DNA of 64,000 bases from Octopus vulgaris. Its lineage: Eukaryota. The stretch's first letter is position 1. Every line of letters starts with the position of its first letter. Under the pieces are notes generated by a model. It saw only the letters and a list, made by a program, of their open reading frames with translations, was not told the origin of the DNA and made no database searches. This document shows, in pieces, positions 54,031-64,000 of the stretch. A program made the position numbers and the translations under genes. Location: NCBI GenBank assembly GCA_951406725.2, contig OX597842.1, positions 2,418,001-2,482,000 of the forward strand. Direction: 5' to 3'.

Positions 54031-54927
54031 GCATTTTGCCCGGTGTGCTAATGTTTCTGCCAGTTTGCCACTTTAGTTTCTTTCAGTTTATGTCTACCAA
54101 ACTCACTCACAGAGCTATAGTAAAAAACACTTGCCCAAGGTGTCACGCAGTGGGACTGAACCCGGGACCATGATGCTGAGAGAAACAAACTTCTTCCCAC
54201 ACAGCTACACCTGTGCCTATTTTGAAAAACAAAGATAAATTTTACAGTATATTTTTGTTTATATTTTGAATTACACATGTATGGTGGGGGTGGTGGTCAT
54301 GGCAATGGGGACAAGAGCCAAACTCTTTTTAGTGCTAAGGACCTTTATGGGTCTTAATCTGGCCCTGTATACCTATATATGTTTTCTGGAATTGATACTT
54401 GTACTTTTAGATATATAAATAATAGCAATCATTTATAGCTCTATATGTACTTTCAGAACCAATTCCAAAAGAAGAATTATTCCACAATTGCTTCAAAGTT
54501 TATAAAATTCTTACGATATCAACAATATATATATACACATATATATATATACACACATACATACATTCATAGGCATATGTGCATATGCACTGACCTCACA
54601 TCATCCTTTATCTGCAGAATCAAAATTGAATTTATGCCACAACATACCAACTCACTGACCAGCCTACCAGCCTACAGACTAACCAAACTTCCCATCCACC
54701 CCTTATCGACCGCCCCCTCCCCATCCCCCAGCCAACCACTGTGATATACCTATGGTAACTAATATTGCTTAAAGGTTCATACTGTCATACATGGAATTTA
54801 CCTCTAAGCCTAGAGAATTCTATGACATTCTGAAATGCCAGAAGCAAGTTCCACTATATATGGGTACATGCATCAATATAAATAAAATATACGTATATAT
54901 GTATATGTGTATGTATATATATATATG

Positions 54928-55016
<89 letters not shown>

Positions 55017-55024
55017 AATATATG

Positions 55025-55056
<32 letters not shown>

Positions 55057-55318
55057 CATACATATATAGATAGATAGATTGATAGATGTGTATGTGTGAA
55101 GGTATGTATGTATATGTAAATGTGTGTGTATATATATGTATATATATGTAGATAGATAGACAAGTATAAGTATACACACACACATCTATCTATCTATATA
55201 TATAGATGTCTGTGTGAAGGTATGTATGTATCTGTAAATGTGTGTGTATGTATGTATATATATATATATATAGATTGACAAGTATATGTATACACACAGA
55301 TACATGCATACACACACA

Positions 55319-55359
<41 letters not shown>

Positions 55360-55504
55360 GCATACAGGTATTTTATATGTATACATAGATATAAACATCT
55401 GCATGTGTATATATGCATGTATGCACACATGCATGTATATGTATAAACATACCCACATAGGTACATGCATTTGTATGTGTATATATATATATATGTGTGT
55501 GCTT

Positions 55505-55560
<56 letters not shown>

Positions 55561-55734
55561 ATAAGCACACACATATATATACATAGACTACATAGATATA
55601 AACAGGTGTGTGTTCTTGTGTGTACATGCATGTGTGTGTGTGTATTTAACTATCTGTAGGGTTGTCTTGAAGCTTATACTGTCTGGTAAACATTCCATAT
55701 CAGTGATATAGAAGTATAACTTAGAGTGTGTTAC

Positions 55735-56223
55735 AAACAAGGTAGATAGATCTGGTAGAAGTAACAGCCAAATCTCCCTCAAACCGCAACCTAATTTCTT
55801 ATGTGTGTGTGTGTATGTGTATGAGCCAATGAGCAAGACTTCTACTAGGTAGCTAGACCTAATAGAAAAAGCAGCCAAATCTCCCTCAAATCACACTCCA
55901 CTGTCTTATGTATGTATCAGCCAGTGAGAGAGACCTTTACATGGTAGCTAGACCCAGTAGAAATAGCAGCCAAATCTCCCTCAAATCACTCCCTACTCTC
56001 TTATCTATGTATAAATGTATATATGTAAGAGCCAATGTGGGAGACCTCTACATGGTAGCTAGACCCAGTAGGAATAGCAGCCAAATCTCACTCAAATCAC
56101 ACCCTGGTATCTTATGTATGTATATATATATGAGCTAGTGAGGGAGACTTCTACATGGTAGCTAAACCTGTTAGAAACAGCAACCAAATCTCCCTCAAAT
56201 CATACCCTGGTATCTTATGTATG

Positions 56224-56259
<36 letters not shown>

Positions 56260-56345
56260 AGCCAGTGAGGGAGACTTGTACATGGTAGCTAGACCTGGTA
56301 GAAATAGCAGCCAAATCCCCCCCAAATCACACCTTTCTTATGTAT
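55735..56345 (+). repeat. Tandem array (about 6 units of 90-130 bp) of a retroposon-derived segment
   Basis: ACATGGTAGCTAGACC..TAGAAATAGCAGCCAAATCTCCCTCAAATCACAC repeats; a single related copy at about 37640. Confidence 0.8.
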
Positions 56346-56505
56346 GTATATATTTATGTATGAAAATCCCTTCGGGGTCGATAAAATAAGTACCACTTGA
56401 ACACTGGGGTTGATGTAATCAACTTATCTCCTCCCCAAAAACTGCTGGCCTTGTGCCAAAATTTGAAATTACCATCATTATTATTATTGTTTGTAGTAGT
56501 AGTAT

Positions 56506-56556
<51 letters not shown>

Positions 56557-57129
56557 TGGTAGTAGTAGCAGCAGCAGTAGTAGTAGCAGTCACCTTGGTG
56601 GTTATATTTTTCTGTAATTAACTACTGGCATAGTTGTGTCGTAATTATCGTAACACTAATGACTTCCATTAATTAAATACCCCTACCTGTTGCAAATGAA
56701 GGCATGATAGGGGAGAGTGAGGTGGAGGAGTGTAAGTTGACAAGGGTGGTAGCACAGGTAGAGTAGCAGGCAGAGGACCACCCTAAAATATCTGCAATTA
56801 ATTAAACAGGTAATTTTTGTCAAGCATTTGTGGTTGGTAGAAAGGTGGTGGTGATGGTCATGGTCATGGTGGGGGTGGGGGTAAGAGGAGGTGCGGGTGC
56901 AGGGGGTTGGTCCCCCTTTTATTTTTTTAGTCCTGTTCTTTGTTTTTGGTTTTATTCTATATTTTAAGACTTTAACCAGGTTTCATCCAGTTTTCACTGA
57001 TACTCTATCACAACAGGAAATACACACATTTTATATATACCTGTACATATGTATCTATATATACATATGTATATACGAGTAGATGAATGGATAGATTGAT
57101 GACTGGATTGGTTGGTTATTAGGTAAATA

Positions 57130-57157
57130 GATGGATAAATGGATGGATGGATGGATG

Positions 57158-57207
<50 letters not shown>

Positions 57208-57259
57208 CAGATAGATTGGTAGGTAGATAGATAGATAGATAGACAGATAGATTGGTAGG

Positions 57260-57297
<38 letters not shown>

Positions 57298-57334
57298 TAG
57301 ATAGATAGATAGATAGATTGGTAGATAGATAGAT

Positions 57335-57374
<40 letters not shown>

Positions 57375-57375
57375 G
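57130..57375. repeat. (GATA)n microsatellite
   Basis: Direct inspection. Confidence 0.95.
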
Positions 57376-57611
57376 TACTGTGTGTAATATTGACTGGATT
57401 CATAGGAGCTGTGTAGATGTTGACTAAATGAACAGTGTGTAGATATCAGCTAGGTAGACATAGTGCAAATGCCATCTGAAGAGCTGAACAATACTGTACA
57501 TGTATTTGTATGTCTGTATCTGGTGGTTGCCTACTTCTTATGCAGAGTTTGACCACCTCCCGTATATACACATGTACAGTATTGTTCAGCTCTTTAGATA
57601 CACACATGCAC

Positions 57612-57655
<44 letters not shown>

Positions 57656-57659
<4 letters not shown>

Positions 57660-58046
57660 TCGCCCGGCGTTGCTCGGGTTGTAAGGGAAATAACTATATA
57701 AGCATTTTTAGAGAGTTATAGCCAAAAAATAGCAAAAAAATGCATTAAAAATTGAAAAAAAATTAAGGTAAATTTTTTTTTAAATCGTTGACACATCGTA
57801 GATATTTTTAGAGAGTTACTTCCCTTATATAGAAGCGAAAAAAATGCATTAAAATGGAAAAATATGATGGTAAATTTTTTTTAAATCGTAGACTCATTGT
57901 AGACGCGCGCTAATACCCAGAAGGGCTCGATATGAATCACGACTATAAGATACCCGGTTTTGGTTAAACTGCACCACAAAATGTGGGAGTAGTTACGAAT
58001 CTAAATCGTAGGAGACAGACACACAACTTCACTCTTATATAAAGAT
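57656..58046 (-). mobile_element. Non-autonomous Helitron-type element
   Basis: Terminal hairpin CCCGGCGTTGCTCGGG; other end CACAACTTCACTCTTATATAAAGAT; internal approx. 100-bp duplication. Confidence 0.65.
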
Positions 58047-58049
58047 GCT

Positions 58050-58375
58050 TTTTTTTTTCAGTCATAGAGTTAGATTTATGAAGGTCTTCAGTAGAAAATC
58101 CTTCGAATTCTGACTCGCTGCTTGATATAATGAAATTCATATCCATTTTTTGTCAGAATTACAAATTTTGAAAACACAATAGGAACAAATTTTGGAAAAA
58201 AATCTCCCATAATTCACGGAATTAAAATTACACTTCGATTTTTGTACAAAACTGTAGTTGAAGTGTTTACGAAGTATAATACGTGTTTTCACGAATGTAC
58301 TAAAGAGATTTACTCTGATATTCTCATTTAAATATGAACAGGTAAATTCGGGCGGTTTGGTAACGAAAGGGTTAA
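58050..58375 (-). mobile_element. piggyBac-like left-end fragment
   Basis: Minus strand begins TTAA-CCCTTTCGTTACC; downstream short acidic ORF start MNFIISSSESEFEGFSTEDL. Confidence 0.45.
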
Positions 58376-59308
58376 ACGGATGCATACATTTATTAATCTC
58401 TTATTATAATAACTATATATAAGTGTCGTCTGTTTATACATAAACACTGTTTCATACTGCAATTATATATACATATATCTATATATAATATTATATAATA
58501 AAATATATACAGAGTAAAATAAAAACCAATTTACCTTTTCTGTATTGTTATAGCAATTCCACCGTCCGTGTGTCTTTGCAAATGTGTTGGAATGATAAGT
58601 GAGTTGTGTTTTGGTGCCTTTTTTACTAATAACAAACACACACGTGTTTGTATGTAGTTGTTTGAAACGTTTGTGTTTGCCACTCTCGTATATGTATGTG
58701 TATGCGTGTGTGTGAGGAATGACACACACACACTCACGCATGCACACATGTACATCAATGCTTTCGGAGTGAAATGTTAAAATATTGAGTTTTCTCGAAT
58801 TTTGTCTTAATTGGTGGTAAAATTGAAAGAAATTTTTTATGGCATCACCCACTGAAGTACTCTGAAAAATCATGGGTACACTCTAATTGAAGAAATTGTG
58901 TGAGGAGTAAATCGTTATGTATTTATTTGTTTCTGTTTGCTGTGTTTTTTTATTTTTTGAGTAGTGGTTTAAATACTTTCAGTTTAGTCTTCCTCAAATC
59001 ACTCTGTCGCTATTTACTTTCATTTTATTCATTGCACACTGTGTGTGTGCGTGTGCGTGTGGTGTAAACCACATTAAGAAAAGCATTTGACATACACACC
59101 AGAATGTGAGTTTTCTGTAAATTTTGTTTAATTGGAGTTTAAATTTTAAAAACTGGACCTGGCATGACCCGATGCATTCTACTCTTAAAAATGCTAGGTA
59201 AATTGTAATTGAAGAAATCCTATATTGTAGAATTCTATAAGTTACAAAGGGAGGCAGATAAAATCTGCCTTTTATAATAAGAGATACATACACACACACA
59301 CACACAAA

Positions 59309-59535
59309 CAGAGTAATCCCTCGACTATCGCGGGTGTTATGTTCCAAAACCTCCTGTGACAGGTGAAAATCCGCAAAGTAGAAACAGTACTGTACTGCAT
59401 ATGTTTTTTTTAATTCTTTTTATAATTTGTATATATATATTTTATTATAAATGCTAAACAACACCATGGAGGAATCGATGTAAGCTTAAATAATAAACCG
59501 CGATAAGTGAACCGCAATATGGTAAGGGATTACTG
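59309..59535. mobile_element. Tc1/mariner-pogo-type MITE
   Basis: AGTAATCCCT ... AGGGATTACTG-TA termini. Confidence 0.7.
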
Positions 59536-59564
59536 TATATATATATATATATAGATAGATAGAT

Positions 59565-59608
<44 letters not shown>

Positions 59609-60134
59609 ACATATATATAAGTGAAGGTATGCAGACTAGTTATTAGGCTATTTGGCTTGTGATTGTAAGGTTGAGAATTCAACTTTCTTTCATGTGTCTC
59701 CAGTTCACCCAGCTGGCAAAAATGGTTTGTCCTTGTTATTCAAAGGGCCAGCCTTGTCACATATATTTATACATATATACAACGGACTTCTTTCAGTTTC
59801 TATCCACTAAATCCACTCACAAGGCTTTGGTCAGCCCGAGCCTATAGTAGAAGACACTTGCCCAAGGTGCCACAAAGTGGGACTGAACCTGGAACTATAT
59901 ATATATATCAAGAAGAAGGAAGTCGTCAGAATTTTGGTTACTTATTTATCTAACACTTTCGTCTCGTTTCTGTGTATCATCAGAAATTATACATTTACAG
60001 AAGAATCTATGTCTTTGTATGCATATATAAGGGGTTAGCTGAAGAAATCTGGGGTTGATTTGATAACAGAATGTTCTTTGTCGTTTTGAACCTATATGTA
60101 AATCTATTTATATTATTTTAAATCCCTCTCTCGT

Positions 60135-60169
<35 letters not shown>

Positions 60170-60438
60170 GGTGCAGGCATACCTGTGTGGTAAGAAGCTT
60201 GCTTCCCAATCACATGTATATATTTGTGTATGTGTTTGTTTCCTCCACCATCGCTTGACAACTGATGTTGCTGTGTTTACGTCCAAGTAATCCAAGTAAC
60301 TTAGTAGTTCAGCAGAAGATGCCAGGCTTACAAAGAATAATTCCAGGGGTCAATTTGTTTCACTAAAAGGCAGTGCTCCAGCATGGCCACAGTTAAATGA
60401 CTGAAATTAGTAAAAGAATGAAAGAATATGTGAATCTA

Positions 60439-60605
60439 TAGGCGCAGGAGTGGCTGTGTGGTAAGTAGCTTGCTAACCAACCACATGGTTCCGGGTTCAT
60501 TCCCACTGCGTGGCACATTGGGTAAGTGTCTTCTACTATAGCCTCGGGCCGGCCAATGCCTTGTGAGTGGATTTGGTAGACGGAAACTGAAAGAAGCCCG
60601 TCGTA

Positions 60606-60648
<43 letters not shown>

Positions 60649-61532
60649 TTGTATGTATGTTTGTGTGTCTGTGTTTGTCCCCCTAGTATTGCTTGACAAC
60701 CGATGCTGGTGTGTTTACGTCCCCGTCACTTAGCAGTTCAGCAAAAGAGACTGATAGAATAAGTACTGGGCTTACAAAGAATAAGTCCCGGGGTCGATTT
60801 GCTCGACTAAAGGCGGTGCTCCAGCATGGCCGCAGTCAAATGACTGAAACAAGTAAAAGAGTAAAGAGTATATATATTATTTTAAATCTATATATAATCT
60901 ATATATATTATGTGTGTGTGTCTCTGTGTATATATATGTATGTGTTGAATTTTTGGAGGTTTGGTTAGAGGGAGACAAAAGACAAAGAATATATATAGGC
61001 GCAGGAGTGGCTGTGTGGTAAGTAGCTTGCTAACCAACCACATGGTTCCGGGTTCAGTCCCACTGCGTGGCATCTTGGGCAAGTGTCTTCTGCTATAGCC
61101 CCGGGCCGACCAATGCCTTGTGAGTGGATTTGGTAGACGGAAACTGAAAGAAGCCTGTCGTATATATGTGTATATATATATATGTGTGTGTATGTGTTTG
61201 TGTGTCTGTGTTTGTCCCCCTAGCATTGCTTGACAACCGATGCTGGTGTGTTTACGTCCCCGTCACTTAGCGGTTCGGCAAAAGACCCCGATAGAATAAG
61301 TACTGGGCTTACAAAGAATAAGTCCCGGGGTCGATTTGCTCGACTAAAGGCGGTGATCCAGCATGGCCGCAGTCAAATGACTGAAACAAGTAAAAGAGTA
61401 AAGAGTATATATATTATTTTGAATCTATATATAATCTATATATATTATGTGTGTGTGTCTCTGTGTATATATATGTATGTGGTGAATTTTTGGAGGTTTG
61501 GTTAGAAGGAGACAAAAGACAAAGAATATATA
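60439..61532 (+). repeat. Tandem duplication of SINE family A plus approx. 130 bp of unique 3' flank
   Basis: Units 60439-60995 and 60996-61532 share the flank ...TTTTGGAGGTTTGGTTAGA.GGAGACAAAAGACAAAGAAT. Confidence 0.85.
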
Positions 61533-61999
61533 TACACACACACACACACACAAATATACATATATTTATACATTCAACAGGCTTCTTTCAGTTTCCGTCC
61601 ACCAAATCCACTCCCAATGCTTTGGTCAGCCTGACACTATTGTAGAAGAACACTTTCCCAAGTTGCCATGTGGTTGGACTGAACCCGGAACCACATGGTC
61701 GGGAAACAAGCTTCTTACCACACAGCCACGCCTGCTGCCAAATATGGAAGTCTGTCTTCAGCCTTATGCTCACCAACACTCAGACACACTGACACACATT
61801 TGCTAATACACATAAACAGCTCCCCAAACGCATGGATATTTAAGGATCCCCTACTAAATCCCTCTTAAACGTTGCCTGTTCTTTGGATTACACTCATCTT
61901 GCCATCAGTATAATGGCTGTCTTGACCTTGGGGTCAGACGCTGGTTCCCCCTGCTGGACCTTCATGCACAATGTAAGTGAAGGGTTCATGTCGAAGATT

Positions 62000-63406
62000 G
62001 GTGGGTGGTTGTGGTGGTGGTGGTCTGTGTTGTGGCAACGGTGATGTTGATGTTTGTTGTGATGATGATGTCCTTGTTGTTGTTGCTAGTGCGTGTGGTG
62101 GTGGTGGTTGTGGTGGTAGTGATGGTGGTGGTAATGCTGGTGGTGGTGGTGGTGCTGAAAATTTTGATGGTGGTGGTGGTGAAAATATTGATGGTAGTAG
62201 TAATGGTGGTGGTGGTGGTGATGGTGATGGTGAAGATGATGATGGTGGTAGTGGTGGTGGTGGTGAAAATGTTGATGGTGGTGGTGGTAGTGGTGGTGGT
62301 GATGGTGAAGATGATGATGGTGGTAGTGGTGGTTGTGGTGAAAATGTTGATGGTGGTGGTGGTAGTGGTGGTGGTGTTGATGGTGAAGATGATGATGGTG
62401 GTAGTGGTGGTGCTGGTGAAAATATTGATGGTAATGGTGGTGGTGGTGGATGTGACAGAGGTCATGTTGATGTTTGCGGAGATGATGATGATGTCACTTT
62501 CGTTGTTGGTCATGGCGGTGGTGATGATGGCAATGTGGTGGTAATTATGATGATGATGACAATGATGATGATTTTTACACTTATGATGACAGTGGCAGTG
62601 CAGGAGATTGTTCCTTTTATTTTTGCCCAATTTATTTTTGGTGGTGGTGGTCATGGTGGTGATGATAATGAACTTGATAACTGTGATGATGGTGCTGCTG
62701 CTACTGCTGATGGTGATGTTGCTGCTGCTGATGATGATGACAATGAACTTTGTGCTGATGATAGCGATGATGATGGTGATGGTAGTAGTGGTGGTCATAA
62801 TAGTGATCACCACCACAATGATGGTGGTGGTGGTGATGGTGGTGGTGGTGGCTGTGATTTTGCTTTTACGAGGAATAACCCAAGTGGCATGGTATGGGTT
62901 GTAATTGGTGTGGTTGTTGCAGTGATGGCGGTAGTTGGGAAGGTGGTTGTAATGGTTGTAGTGCTCATGGTAGAAGTGGTGGTTTCGCTGGGAGGTAGTA
63001 ATTGTAGCTGTGGTGATGGCCATATCGGTGGACATAATAATGACGATGGTCATTATGGTGAGGCCGATGGCTGTGGTGGGGTTGGTGGTGATGAGGATGG
63101 TGGTGGTCATGGTGGTGGTAGTGATGATGCAGATGATAATGATAACCATCATCATCATCATCACAGTGCCAGCAAATCATCATCTTTATCACCACCACCA
63201 CTACAACCAACATCATCATCACCACCATCATCATCATCATCAATACCACCACCACTACTACAACCATCATCATCACCACCATCATCATCAATCTCACTAT
63301 CATCATCATTATCATCATCATCATCATCACTACCACCACCACTACTACAACCATCATCATCATCATTACCACCTCCATCATTATTCTAGTGGTGGTAGTG
63401 GTGATG

Positions 63407-63441
<35 letters not shown>

Positions 63442-63640
63442 CTTACACCACTACAGCCATTATTACCCCGACCACCACTACCACTGTCGTCATGGTAGTG
63501 GTGGTGATGCTGTTGGTGACGACGGTGCTGATGTTGATAACGATGTTGCCAGAGGTGTTGGTGGTGATTCTGGAGGTAGTGGTAATGGTGGTGGTAGTGG
63601 TGGTGGTGGTGGTGGTGGTGGTGGTGGTGGTGGTGAACAT
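62000..63640. repeat. GGT/GAT/CAT low-complexity block with an approx. 70-bp higher-order repeat (62160-62440)
   Basis: GGTGAAAATGTTGATGGTGG...GGTGAAGATGATGATGG recurs; no splice or domain support. Confidence 0.85.
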
Positions 63641-63800
63641 AATGATGGTACCGGTGCTCATAATTGTCACAGCTGGAGCCAAGCTTTTGCATGTCACTTG
63701 TCCACAAACACGCATGCTTCTTCATGTTTCCTTACACGCATCATGTGTATGTATATATATATATGCCTATATATATATGTGCATATATGTATTTATATAC

Positions 63801-63833
<33 letters not shown>

Positions 63834-63927
63834 CATGTATATATATATAGAAATTTATATTTATATACTACCTTGTTAATCTCAATATACAATATCTAGA
63901 TCACTTCAAAAACCCTACATACATATA

Positions 63928-63965
<38 letters not shown>

Positions 63966-64000
63966 CATACATACATACATATGTATATATATATATATAT

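Noticed and set aside
55735-56345. CRISPR-like repeat-spacer array
   Set aside because: Eukaryotic context, degenerate repeats, related microsatellite spacers, no cas genes
59947-59990. CTGATGA...GAAA hammerhead on -
   Set aside because: Stem II does not pair convincingly; at most a fossil
61977-63389. 470-aa Gly/Asp-rich ORF (also 30733-31476 and 35730-36500)
   Set aside because: Trinucleotide low-complexity DNA that is open in several frames on both strands; no domain or splice support

Overview
Animal genomic DNA. The SINE repertoire, dense TA/CA/GATA/GGT microsatellites and RTE/CR1/mariner debris suggest an octopod cephalopod (inference, not a database result). Almost all ORFs in the track are microsatellite or SINE artefacts. 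The only well-supported host-gene sequence is one 119-bp exon (12162-12280, +) with two PGPGxY motifs (SHIPPO/STPG/ODF3 family). The rest is intronic or intergenic: tRNA-derived SINEs of several families, 3' fragments of RTE and CR1 LINEs, mariner remnants, hAT/Merlin/Tc1-type MITEs, Helitron-type and piggyBac-type ends, and minisatellites. The main unexplained signal is about 15 type-I hammerhead ribozyme (HHR)-like motifs from several unrelated families. Most sit in head-to-head foldback palindromes, many beside (TA)n tracts, and all with the same polarity. Highlights are a tRNA-headed SINE with an HHR tail and an inverted 5' copy of that tail (33076-33727), and a 364-bp terminally redundant, retrozyme-like monomer with an intact HHR (51533-51924). 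All ribozyme structures were folded by eye and are untested.
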